64,000 bases of DNA from Squalus acanthias (Eukaryota): contig JASTWF010000357.1 of assembly GCA_030390025.1 (NCBI GenBank), forward strand, positions 62,001-126,000, given 5' to 3'. The translations under genes were made by a program, and so were the position numbers. Under the pieces are notes generated by a model. The model saw only the letters and a program-made list of their open reading frames with translations. It had not been told where the DNA came from and made no database searches. Shown piece by piece: positions 12,356-24,306 of the stretch (its first letter is position 1; each line of letters begins with the position of its first letter).

Positions 12356-14751
12356 CATAGAATCATAGAAAATAGGTGCAGGAGTAGACCATTCGCTCCT
12401 TCGAGCCTGCACCGCCATTCAATGCGTTCATGGCTGAACATGCTAGCTCAGTACCCCATTCCTGCTTTCTCGCCATACCCTTGATCCCCCTAGTTGTGAG
12501 TATTATATCTAACTCCCTTTTGAATATATTTAGCGAACTGGCCTCAACAACCTTCTATGGCAGAGAATTCCACAGATTCACCACTCTCTGGGTGAAGAAG
12601 TTCCTCCTCATCTCTGTCTTAAATGGCTTCCCCTTTATCCTTAGACTGTGACCCCTGGTTTTAGTTTTACCTAACATTGGAAACATTCTGCCCACATCTA
12701 ATTTGTCTAAACCAGTTAGGATTTTAAACGTCTCCATATGATCCCCCCTCATTCTTCTGAACGCTAGAGGATACAAGTTCAGTTGATGCAGTCTTTCTTG
12801 ATATGTCAGTCTGGCCATCCCAGGAATCAATCTAGTGAACCTTCGTTGCACTCCCTCAATAGCAAGAATGTACTTCCTCAGGTTAGGAGACCAAAACTGC
12901 ACACAATACTCCAGGTGTGGCCTCACCAAGGCCCTGTACAACTGCAGCATCACCTCCCTACTCCTGTACTCAAATCCCCTTGCTATGAAGGCCATCATGC
13001 CATTTGCTTTCTTGACTGCCTGCTGCACTCGCCTTCCCACCTTCAGTGACTGATGTACCATGACGCCCAGGTCTCGTTGCACCTCCCCTTTCCCTAATCT
13101 GCCACCATTCAGGTAATAGTCTGCCTCCCTATTTTTACCACCAAAGTGGAGAACCTCACATTTATCCACATTGTACTTCATCTGCCATACATTTGCCCAA
13201 TCACCCAACCTGTCCAAGTCACTCTGTAGCCTCCTAGCATCCTCCTCATTGTTCACACTGCCTCCCAATTTAGTGTCATCCGCAAATTTGGAGATATTAC
13301 AATTAATCCCTTCGTCCAAATCATTAATATATAATGTAAACAGCTGGGGCCCCAGCACCGAACCCTGCGGTACCCCGCTGGTCACTGCCTGCCAATCTGA
13401 AAAGTACCCATTTACTCCTACTCTTTGTTTCCTGTGTGCCAACCAGTTCTCAATCCACGTCAACACATTACCCCCAATCCCATGTGCTTTAACTTTGCAC
13501 ACCAATCTCTTGTGTGGGACTTGTCGAAGGCCTTCTGAAAGTCCAAATACTCCACATCTACTGGTTTCCCCCCCCCCCCCGTCCACCCTATTGGAAACAT
13601 CCTCAAAAAATTCCAGAAGATTTGTCAAGCATGATTTCCCTTTCACAAATCCATGCTGACTTGGATCTATCATGTCGCCACTTTCCAAATGGTCTGTTAT
13701 GACATCTTTAATAATTGATTCCATCATTTTACCCACCACCGATGTCAGGCTGACTGGTCTATAATTCCCTGCTTTCTCCCTCCCTCCGTTTTTAAAATAG
13801 GGGTTACATTAGCCACCCCTCCACTCCTTCCGAACTGATCCAGAGTCTGAGGAACGTTGGAAAATGATCATCAATGCATCCACTATTTCCAAGGCCACCT
13901 CCTTAAGTACTCTGGGATGCAGACCATCAGGCCCTGGGGATTTATCAGCCTTCAATCCCATCAATTTCCCCAATACCTTTTCCCGACTGATAAGGATTTC
14001 CCTCAGCTCCTCCCTCTTACCAGATCCTTTGTTCTCTTTTATTTCCGGAAGGTTGTTTGTGTCCTCCACAGTAAACACCGAACCAAAGTACTTGTTCAAT
14101 TGATCTGCGATTTCTTTGTTCCCCATTATGACTTACCCTGTTTCTGACTGCAGGGGACCTACGTTTGTTTTTACTAACCTCTTTCTTTTTACATATTTAT
14201 AGAAGCTTTTGCAGTCCGTTTTAATGTTCTCCGCAAGCTTCCTTTCATATTTTATTTTCCGTGCCCTAATCAAACCCTTCGTCCTCCTCTGCTAAGTTTT
14301 AAAGTTCTCCCAGTCCCCGGGTTTGCTGCTACTTCTGGCCAATTTGTATGCCACTTCCTTGCTTTTAATACTATCCCTGATTTCCCTTGTTAGCCATGGT
14401 TGAGCCACCTTCCCTTTTTTATTTTTATGCCAGACAGGGATGCACAATTGCTGTAGTTCATCCATGCGATCTCTAAATGTCTGCCATTGCCCTTCCACTG
14501 ATAACCCCTTAAATATCGCTTGCCAATCTAACCTCGCCAATTCACGCCTCATACCCTCAAAGTTGCCCTTATTTAAGTTCTGGACCATGGTCTCTGAATT
14601 AACTGTTTCCTTCTCCATCCTAATGTAGAACTCCACCATACTATGGTCACTCTTCCCCAAGGGGCCTCGCACCACAAGATTGCTGATTAGTCCTTCCTCA
14701 TTACACAAAACCCAGTCCAGGATGGCCTCCCCTCTAGTTGGTTCCTCAACA
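12356..14751 (-). mobile_element. CR1 LINE, 5'-truncated ORF2
   Basis: ORFs 14292-14708, 13809-14126 and 12555-13739 carry RT motifs. TSD tatttgaaa at 12347-12355 and 14752-14760. Same subfamily as 62003-64000. Confidence 0.95.
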
Positions 14752-15557
14752 TATTTGAAATCACAAGCTTTTGGAGCGCTGCTCCTTCGTCAGGTGAGGT
14801 GAAGAAATACATATGGGCACAGCATAAATAGTCAGAGAACAATGCCAGACGACTACAGTTAATCTTTCTAACTGCCCTTATAATAAAGAGGTTTTATGGT
14901 GAATAATGAAATCTAATTGAGGATCAGAAACTGATTCCCACTACAGGACACGGTTTCACTGCGGGGTCTTCTGAACCGCAGATGGAAGAGCTGTGGGGAA
15001 ATGTAGTCATTGTTACCACACAGAGGATTAATGACTCTGGGTCAAAGGTCAGCAATTTATCAGAACAATTCAAACTGAATGAGCCGGTGTGTGATTCTGA
15101 TCGAGCCCTGCGCCAGAGAACAGGGCGGGGAGGGATTGTACTGATCAGGCTGAAGGTGGTGTTTATGACTGTGATGAGTAACTGATCTTTACTCAGGGTG
15201 TGTTCATTAACCTGCAGAACTCACAGCACTAACTTACCCGGACTCTCTGGGAACAGAATCAGGAGTAGCAGCACAAGGTAAGGACCCGGAATATACTGAG
15301 GACCATTATTGTCTTTTAATGTACAGGAATTAATAGTTATTTCTGCAGTAGTTCAAAGATACTGGCAAGTTAACATAACAATAAAGGACAAGTAACAAAT
15401 TTTTTTTTTCAGAAATAGATTTACTGGGAGTTGCGTCATTTAACGGAATGAAACTTCCAAATACAACTTCACACTCGAACATTCTGCTGCTGTAAATAAT
15501 ATTCCAGTTTATATATCGTTTATTACACGTTTCGGAACAAAGAGTAAGGGGTCGCTA

Positions 15558-17405
15558 TCATAGAATCATCCAGCAGAGAAGGGGGCCATTCGGCCAATCG
15601 AGCCTGGACCGGCTCTTTGAAAGAACAATCCAATTAGTCCCACACCCCCGCTCTTCCCCCTGAGCCCCACAATTTTCTCCCCTTCAAGTATTTATCCAAT
15701 TCCCTTTTAAAAGTTGCTATTGCTTCTGCTTCCACCCTTTCAGGCAGCGTATCCCAGATCATAATTACTTGATACCTAAAAAAATCTCTCCTCATCTCAC
15801 CTCTAGCTCTTTTGCCAATTATATAAAATCTGTGTCCTCTGTTTACCGACCCTTTTGCCAGTGGAAACAGTTTCTCCTCATTTACTCTGTCAAAAAAGCT
15901 TTATGATTTTTAACACCTCTATTAAATTTCCCCTCAAATCTCTCTACTTCAAGGAGAACGATTCCAGCTCCTCTGGGCTCTCCATGTAACTGAAGTTCCT
16001 CATCCTTGTTACCATTTCAGTAAATGTCCTCTGCATCCTCTCCAAGGCCTTGACAGCCTACTTCAAGTGCGGCGATAGAATTGGATACAATACTCCATCT
16101 GACGCCAGTGACTGATGAAGGTTGAGCCGAACTCCTTTGATTTTGCACTCTCTGGGCAAAACTCTGGCAGATGGAGATCAAATTGGGAAAGTGTGAGCTC
16201 CATCACTTTGGACCTGGAAAAGAGAGATCAGAATATTTTCCAGATGGCGAGAAGCTCGGAACTGTGGATGAGCAGAGAGAGTTAGGGCTCTGAGTACGGC
16301 AATCACTAAAAGATAGTCAATCGGTGCAAAAAATGAGTCAACAGTGAAATGGAATGTTGGGCTTTATCTCGTGGGCTGGAATACAAACAGCGAGAAGTTC
16401 TGCTGCACCTGTACAGAGCTCTGGTTAGACCCCATTGTGATTTCTGTGTCAAGATCTGGGCACTGGACCTCAGGAAGGATATAATGGCCTTGTAGAGGTT
16501 GCAGCTGAGATTCACCAGAATGACAGAAGGGCTAAAATTATTAAGTTATGAGGACTGAATGCGCAGACAACGTTTGTATTCCCTTGTGTATACACAATTA
16601 AGGGGGAATCTAATTGAGGTGTTTAAGATAATCAGAGGAACTGATAGGATTGAAAGAGACAAACTATTTCCTCTGGTGCAGGAATCCAGAAGAATGGGGT
16701 TAACCTCAAAGCACAGCTAAGCCGTTCAGGGATGATGTTAGAAAGCATTTCTTCACACAAATGGTAGTGGAAATCTGGAACACTCGCCCTCAAAAATCTG
16801 TTGAGGTTTCGGTCAATTGAAAATTTCGAAACTGAGATTGATGGATTGTTAGGGAAGGGTATTTAGGATTACGGAACTAAGGTGGGTAGATGGAGTTAAG
16901 ATACAGATCCACCATGATCTAATTGAATGTCAGAACAGGCTCCAGGAGATGAATGGCCTACTCCTGTTCCTCGGTTCCGATATTCCTCTGCTTCTATTTA
17001 ACAAGAACAAAACCCTGTATACTTTCTGAACAACTAGTCCTGCCACCTTTAAAGATTTATGTACGTATACCCTTCTGTTTTTCTGTGCCTTCACCCACTA
17101 TAAAATTGTACCATATAGTTTATATTGCATCTCCCAATTCTTTTTTCCAAAATGCATCGATTCACACTTCGCTGCGTTACATTTCATCTCCCATGTGTCT
17201 GCGTAATGCACTAGTCTGTCTCTGTCCTCCTGAATTCTAATACTAATCTCCTCAATATTTACCACTTTTATGATTTTCTTGTCATCTTCAAGCTTTGAAA
17301 TTATGCACTGTATACCCAAGTCCAAGTGATTAATATATATAAAACGAGCAGTGCTCTCAATACCGACCCCTGGGGTCACAAGTGCACACTTCTCTCCAGT
17401 GAGAA
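15558..17405. mobile_element. Cluster of old, degenerate CR1 fragments (minus 15558-16100, plus ~16150-16990, minus ~17000-17405)
   Basis: Decayed LYRALVRPH, FFTQ and CR1 3' UTR motifs in alternating orientation. Confidence 0.8.
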
Positions 17406-17411
17406 AAACAT

Positions 17412-18088
17412 TGGCCCTGAATTTCCGGTCGGAGGCTTCCTGTGGGCAGATGCCTCCGATCGGAAAAAAATATACGAACCTACCTGCTGGTCCCATAGAT
17501 CCCGAGGCTTCTGATCCTGGCACACGTTCGCACAGGCATCTTCCACCCTTTCAAATGAAGTTCGGGACCTGGAACGTCAGGACCCTCATGGCTCGCATTG
17601 GACTCATCAGTCACCTTGAGAACTCATTTTTACTGTGGAAGCAAGTCATCCTCGGTTCCAAGGGACTGCCTAAGAAGAGAAGACTCTCCTGTTGGAAATG
17701 CGCAGAGGCCCAGGTATCCCAGGGGCGCATGCGGTTCGCAAGCATCCCTGGGATCACGTGGGCAGGTGAACCAATCAAAGAAGGGAATCCCCCTTCATCC
17801 TTTTGAGAGTTCTGTACGCACAGAACTGTCAAAAGTATGAATCGGGATCACAGTTAAAAACACACTAAAACATTAAATACATTTTTAAAAATACATTACT
17901 TAATTAAAATTAATTCAAATTCAATGTAATTAAATATTTTTTACAAACATTTTATTTTTTTGAAAAAAAAATATTTTTACGGGGCTAAAAATAAACTTCC
18001 CTTTTTGAAGAGTATTTTTAATTTATAAATGAGTTATCAAATTGAATTTTTCTATTCTTCAACACACTTATGCTGGTAAAAGCAGGCC
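17412..18088. mobile_element. Non-autonomous DNA transposon relic (PIF/Harbinger-like), containing a 60-bp RTE-like fragment
   Basis: Starts ggccctgaatttccgg, with a GC-rich arm followed by an AT-rich core. Bases 17533-17592 encode MKFGTWNVRTLM, resembling an RTE endonuclease N-terminus. Confidence 0.45.
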
Positions 18089-18508
18089 TTAATTCATCAA
18101 ACACTCAATCAGAACACTCTTCAGAAATTCTTCCCCCTCTCTGCCCTTTACACTATTCCTATTCCAGTCTATATTAGGATAGTTGAAGTCCCCCATTATC
18201 ACTACTCTATAGCTCTTGCATCTCTCTGTAATTTCTCTGCAAATTCGCTCCTCTATATCCTTGCCACTAGTTGGTGGCCTATAGAATACACCTAGTAGTG
18301 TAATGGCACCTCTATTGTTTCTCAACTCGATCCAAATGGGTTCTGTCCTTGTCCCCTCCAGGACATCCTCTCTCAACAACACTGTAATATTCTCCTTAAT
18401 CAATACTGCCACCCCACCTCCTTTCTTTCCTTTCCTCAACACCTTATATTCTGGAATATTTAGTACCCAAACCGGCCCTTTTTTGAGACAGGTCTCCGTT
18501 ATCACCAC
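18089..18508 (-). mobile_element. CR1 endonuclease fragment, cut off by the ERV LTR
   Basis: ORF 18089-18508 contains ITET, KGGGVAVL, GVFYRPP and MGDFNYP. Confidence 0.9.
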
Positions 18509-19156
18509 TGTTGGGGAGAAAATAAGATTCTCAGAGCCTAGATGAAGTTCAAAAACACACAGTTTATTGACAAAGTACTTTGGGAGCCGGAGTCAAAAAG
18601 GTCCCGTGACCTTTGTAACATCCTTCTCGTTTAACCTTTGTTCAGTACAGCTTATATTCAATATTTCTGGCTACATGCCATCATACATCGATTTTCGTCC
18701 AATTATATGGTATTACATTAATCACCTGATTATATTTTGCCTTTATCTATATTTATTTGGCAATAATCATAAAAGCAGTTACATCTTGTTACGCCTTTTT
18801 GAGCATAGTCTAATCCCACAGTTTACTACTGTATGTTATCTGTGATTGGCACCGTGCCTACGGTCTCCAGCTAACTCTGTAAAAGGCCTCTTTCAATACC
18901 GTTTTGAGCATAGTCTAATCCCACGGTTTACTACTGTATGTTATCTGTGATTGGCACTGTGCCTACGGTCTCTAGCTAACTCTGTAAAAGGCCTCTTTCA
19001 ATACCGTTTATTAAACACTGAACCCTCCCTCAAAATTCAGTCTGGCAGCTGTAAGCTTATCTATTCCTTGTCTCAATTTGCAAAACCTTCACTGCTCATG
19101 GTTTTATTGCAAATTGTGTAGAAATTGAATTTGACCATTCCAAATGAACCCTTTCA
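18509..19156 (-). repeat. ERV 3' LTR (648 bp, with a 105-bp internal duplication)
   Basis: Matches 24307-24849. Minus-strand TATA-like sequence (~18652) and AATAAA (~18563). Tandem duplication 18797-18901 / 18902-19006. Confidence 0.95.
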
Positions 19157-19159
19157 GTC

Positions 19160-19849
19160 CCTCCTGTTTGGTCCCGGATCAAGCTTTTTATGCCGGGAAC
19201 CAATTACCTTGCCTTCGTTACCATCCCCGGGGTTAATTTGGGCTGATACCACCCCTGGAAGGTGGTCAGGTTGTAACCTGACGATTGCCATTCCTTCTTA
19301 TCCCCACTCACATCTACCTGGTAGGTCCCTCCTGTTGTTTGAGCTCCCATCCTGAGACAATTCCTGGAAGAGTTTTGATTTAAATACCATGCTGCCATCT
19401 CTGACTCATTAAATGGTACTGGTCTTAAAGGGATCCCTTCCTGTGCATGTATTAGATACATTACTTCGTTTTGCATAGGTATAAGACATATACACAAATG
19501 TGTTTACATTTAATTCTCGTTTCAACCGTCTGTTTGATTTCTCTTTTTGATATTTCTGGGCTGTGGGACACCGTAAGTCAACTAGGCAAGGAATATCCCC
19601 GCATGGGACAGTCCAATTACTCCTGCCAGTTATATAACTTCTTGAATCTTTGGTAAGCCGGGCTGTAGTGTCGGTTTCTCGCTCCAGCTTCCACTCCTCT
19701 CCAAATCTTTCATCAGGGGCTGGGCAGTAAATCGTTTCTTGGTCACACAATCGTATTGGATCTTGTTTCCGAAGAAGGCACTTGTACTTCAACGAGGCAA
19801 TGTCCGTAGCGCATATTGCGATTACACTAATACACATAAGCAATTTCAT
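19160..19849 (-). pseudogene. env: Truncated retroviral env, SU N-terminal portion
   Basis: Signal peptide MKLLMCISVIAICAT, basic site RRLKR, then NTFVYMSYTYAKRSNVSN. After a frameshift or deletion comes GIPLRPVPFNESE. This resembles gamma/epsilon-type SU with the CWxC segment lost. It lies between IN and the PPT. Confidence 0.6.
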
Positions 19850-19881
19850 CTTATTACTCTAAACTAACAACGTCCCAAAGG

Positions 19882-20595
19882 CTATTTCGCCAACCTAACT
19901 ATTTGTTGCTTGTAGATTCTGTTCTTCCTGTGAGGGTGTAATAATACAATTGTTAGTTTGGTTCTCCAATCACAACCATTTGGATTTTTATCCTTTACTT
20001 CCTGTCTTTCTCTAACCTGCTGTCTCATTTCTTTTAACTGCTTGCTTAATTCAAGGACATATCGGCGGATCCTATCCTGTAAGGGTCCTAGTTCCTCTCC
20101 CCCCATGATAATTCCATAAGGGAGTTGCATTGCTCGCCCTGTCATTAATTCATAGGGAGATAAGCCTGTCGTTCGATTAGGGATAGCTCGCAATTTCATC
20201 AGGACTGCGGGCAGAGCATCTACCCAAAATTGGTGAATTTCACTCAGAGCCTTTGCTAATGCGGTTTTTAGGGTTCGGTTCATTCGCTCCACCATCCCAG
20301 AGCTCTGAGGACGGTAGCGAATGTGGAATTTTTGTTTTATTCCCATCCATGCGCAGATATTCTTTACTACCGTTCCCGTGAAATGGGTTCCCTGGTCAGA
20401 GTCGATTTTAATAGGAACCCCCCACCTCGGTATTATTTCTTCTGCCATTATCCGGGCCACTGTGGTAGCTGTGCAGTTTCGTGTGGGAAAAGCTTCCACC
20501 CATCTTGTGAATGGATCTATTATCACTAAGCAGTATACCCTTCACCTTGAGATCGGTAGGGGTCCCGTAAAGTCTATTTGTATCTTTTCCCAGGG
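19882..20595 (-). pseudogene. pol: Retroviral integrase catalytic core (DDE), N- and C-terminally truncated
   Basis: GPWEKIQIDFTGPLP..(stop)..LVIIDPFTRWVEAFP..IDSDQGTHFT..PQSSGMVERMNRTLK..GLSPYELMTGR. Confidence 0.92.
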
Positions 20596-20761
20596 ACCCC
20601 TTATTCAAATTCAATTCATTGTTCCGGTGTTCCAATTCTGCCCCGCCTGGGGTATCCTCTGTTTCTTCTATCTTTCCTGATGTTACCCCGCCTGGGGTCT
20701 CCTCTACATTGCTTTGGATCTTCTCTTTCGGTGTGCTCAATTAATTTGTTGGTGCTGGTTA

Positions 20762-21300
20762 ATCATAGGCATGATTACCCAATTGGCTTATGTATCTTAC
20801 TACATAGGTTACATATATCAAATACACTATCATTACAAGTTGGAGAACTACCAGAGCGTGTGAAATAATACAAATCTAAGGGTGTGCTGATGTATTACGC
20901 CCAATATCCCACCAGTGTGAGTTGTCCCCTATGCTGTCAATTTCAATATCTATTCTCGAATTGTCTTGCTCCACAACATAAAAATGCTTTAGGGAGGAGT
21001 TCAGTCGCATCACAAGCTTACTGAATTCCTCAGACAACAGGGGAATGTAGTATCCGAATTGTGCCACATAATTGTGTAGCTCATACTTAAAAACGTGTTG
21101 GTTGATGGGCCAGGTCCTGTTAGACCCATAAGCATGGTAATTGTGGTAGTGGTGACACAGGAGGCACCACCAAAACCATCTCATACTGGATTCGCACTGG
21201 TTTTTCCCACGCTCTGTTACCTACAAAACACAATTATTACAGTCACAGTTAAATTCAGTCTTACAATCATTTCCATCGACATTACAGTTTAACATCTAGT
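20762..21300 (-). pseudogene. Second env-like relic: Cys-rich segment, heptad repeat, WWD motif and transmembrane helix
   Basis: Across frames: NCDCNNCVL..RIQY..GFGGASCVTT..LLSEEFSKLVMRLNSSLKHFYVVEQDNSRIDIEI..HWWDIG..HP(*)ICIISHALVVLQLVMIVYLIYVTYVV. Confidence 0.6.
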
Positions 21301-22719
21301 CAACAAATCATGGACTTAAAAGATTCTCCAGATCTCTCTTTTACTCATATCCATCTTGTGGATAATTCTTACTAAACATGATTTCTCCTTAGCCCTCAAT
21401 TGTCCCAATCCAGATTCCATGTAACTCTCCACTTCAACTTCAATTTCAATCCCTCTAACAGGTACCAGTGTATTTAACTCTATTCTGATTGTTTCATTAA
21501 TTAGATAGTTTCTCGACGGAGTATGTGTCAATGCTTTAAAAGTTGTCTCGCTCTCCTGAACCACATTAACCATTTCATGTTTTGCTGTTATCAAGTAACT
21601 GAGCATGTCTGAGACCCGTTCTTCAGTGCAGATTCAACATACATTCCTGGATGGCAACTGCCTCACATGTAACAAATCACATTTGCACACTCATATCGGT
21701 ATCTCCATCATGCCACATGTGCCTTTCTCGGGCTTTCAGGTATCTTATCAAAAGATTGTCTGGAGGTCTTTGTTCATCTTCCTCTGCATGGTCCCGATGT
21801 CTTGGGTAGTGGCCAGGCTATCAAATTCAGTTTCCTTAAAAAGTTCATTATAGGCAGGGACACAAATGTCTCCAAGAGAAAGCTATCAATTCACTATTCT
21901 TAACTACACTTTCCTGACTTTCACCAGAAAGTTTGGAAAATTCTCAATTGGTGGTGTAATTCTCCTGTTTCTATCTCACCCTCAATCACTTCCTTTCTCC
22001 ATTTTACACATCCTATTAATTACCATTCATATCTCATTCATGAGCCCTGGAGGAACTTTACTGTCCAGTACAATATTTAAGATTGAAAACATAGATCAAA
22101 CATTCTCACTTGGTCCAAGTTATTAATACTTTTTATTTATCATTATTTTAGAGGATCTTTTATTTTTCCAAAAGTAACCCAATATATAGTGCCTGAGTTC
22201 ATTTTGTCATTTCAAAATTATCCCGAAATCCAAACAGCAGTACTGTTGAACTGACAGGTTTTGTCAATGTTCAATTTCATTTCTATAACTTAAACAGCTG
22301 TCAGTGGAAAGGGTTAACTCCTTTGCAGGGTTTTTTTTTATGAAGGCGGAGCAAAACATTGTCAGACGCACGCAATTGCGTCATTTCACGTAACTGAACA
22401 CGAACAGAAAAAATAAACCAAACCAGTACATGCTTGTAGAAAACCATAAATTACATCATATTTCTTATTGTCCTTTCTTCAGATGCCTTTCCAAAATACT
22501 GTAAAAACATTGAATATAACTGGAGAAAAATTAGTTTTCACATTTAAGCAAATCAAATCAAACAGCTTTGGAAGATTTCACCATAGCAACCGCGACTCCA
22601 AGGTTAAATCTTAGACCGAAACTTAATCTTTGTTAAACAAACCTTTGTTGTTCTTCTCAGTTTTACACACCAGCTTGACTTAAATTGTAGTTCAAAGTTT
22701 TTTTTTTCCTCTAATTCTT

Positions 22720-22963
22720 GGGGCACAATTTATTGCAGCCACACATCGTGGCATTGCCTTCGCTACTGGATCCCTCTTTAACTAACTGTTGAATCGGCTC
22801 TGCTTTCCCTGCAAAGTCTAATATAAAACTCCTGTCTATCCCTGACAGTAAAAGCGAATTTCCCTTGTGATTCCTCTTTAATGGTATGGACCAGAACCCG
22901 CTCTGTATCCAAGACTGTAAATATTTTAAAGTCTGGTTTCAGACCATTAAATATCTTATTCAA
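22720..22963 (-). pseudogene. pol: Retroviral reverse transcriptase fragments
   Basis: KIFTVLD / GFWSIPL / KEESQGKFAFT..RL (RT motifs across a frameshift), followed by DPVAKAMPRCVAAI (connection-region DPVAxxxPxC motif). Confidence 0.75.
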
Positions 22964-23279
22964 TGTGGTCTACACAAATTTACACCAACCAGAATTTCAC
23001 CGTGCACAATAAAAGTCTGGTTTTAATAGGTTAGTTAACCTCAATAACTCCAATTCAATCTAGATCAAAATTTTCTTTTAAACTAACCAGTATCAAAGAT
23101 AAAGAAAGAAACCATAGCCACATTAACAAAGAAACAATTACCCATTCCTTGTAGACATTCAAATTCATTTTTTTTTCTTCCAGGCACATTGGCAACTGTG
23201 ACTTCAAGGCTGAAGCTTATTTTTTGTAAAACAATTAACAAACTCAAAACAACAAAACAAGTTTTCAAAGGGTTAAACA

Positions 23280-23601
23280 GTTTTTCCTTTAACTTCTGTC
23301 CTGTTCTTAAGTATTCATTCTCCTGTTGTAGCTCTAAGATTTTCTCGTTGTGTCTCATCAAACCCACATGTAGATCTCGTACCTTCCTGGTCACTATGAC
23401 CAGTTGGTGTACTAAGATCACTCCTGCTTTCTTAATCCTTTTCTGTTTCTGTCTCATCCACCACTCCCTCTGAGTGGCAGGTGACTGGAACGGATCCCAT
23501 CCGTCCTTGATCATCTTTTCCACCATACCCTTCCGGTCATCTGCATAGAACCTAGTAAGGGACCCTTCTGGCCCCCAGTCTAGTCCTTTCCCCGATGCCA
23601 T
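23280..23601 (-). pseudogene. gag: Probable gag N-terminal fragment
   Basis: First substantial ATG ORF downstream of the PBS and leader (MASGKGLDWGPEGSL.., basic patch, coiled coil). After ~105 aa it runs into AT-rich non-coding-like sequence. Assigned mainly by position. Confidence 0.5.
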
Positions 23602-24285
23602 CTATAGTCCGACGTCAGTCCTCTACTGCGTTCCTCTAATCGGGCTGGTCTAGGAAACCTAGTCTGACTACAATCTTACCCTACTTCTGTTGTGTCTCGC
23701 TAGGCGACAGATTTTCCTTCGAATAAAAAGTTCGTGACACTTCGGTTACTCAATCACACCTCTGACTTTGCCTCCCGGAGTGCTTTGGAGCCTCTACGTC
23801 TACTTTATGGTCCTGGCCTTCACGTGGGGCATTTGCCCTCTTAATAACCGGCCTGAGGCTAGGCGTATGAGACAGGCACTCCCCTTGTCCGCTGGGCTTA
23901 ATCAGGTCTTACCCTTCTCGACATATATCGCTACAACAGTTCTGCCTTAATTACTTTATATCATTCAAATGTCCTCAAATTATGTACTCTTACTTTCATT
24001 CAATCCACACACTCAGTTAATCCTGGCCTTTGCGTGGGGCATTTGCCCTCTTAACAACCAGCTCAGGCTGAGTGTGCCTTATTCAACATCCACAGTCACC
24101 ATTTACTCACTCTCTCTCTCTCTTTCTCACATCTACTCACTGTGTGTGTTTTCTCGCTTCTCACAACTCTTTCTCATTCGGAGATGCTGTTATTCCGTGT
24201 TCCCAGATGACACAATTGTTGGACGGTCAAAATTTTGACTGCTCGTCCGAGTTCACTGGTACAAACGGTCTGTCAACCTCGCAGC

Positions 24286-24303
24286 ACCCTGCTCGCAGCG
24301 CCA
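24286..24303 (-). other. Primer binding site, tRNA-Ser-like
   Basis: TGGCGCTGCGAGCAGGGT, 3 nt downstream of the 5' LTR. It resembles the complement of vertebrate tRNA-Ser(CGA/TGA) 3' ends. Confidence 0.7.
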
Positions 24304-24306
24304 AAT

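Larger units (their letters stand above)
12052..14800 (-). mobile_element. Penelope-like terminal repeat fragment, interrupted by Tx1-like (12080-12319) and CR1 (12356-14751) insertions
   Basis: Removing both inserts gives gagaagtcgcacaacaccaggttatagtccaacagctttatttgaaatcacaagcttttggagcgctgctccttcgtcaggtga. This matches the terminal repeat beside the GIY-YIG ORF at 35440-35570 and the element at 44810-44991. Confidence 0.8.

Noticed and set aside
18567..18845. 92-aa ORF duplicated at 24365-24643
   Set aside because: Antisense frame inside the two LTRs; the duplication is explained by LTR identity.
21316..22126. ERV-internal ORFs as accessory genes
   Set aside because: Short, interrupted and only faintly pol-like (KALTHTP); they cannot be assigned without a search.
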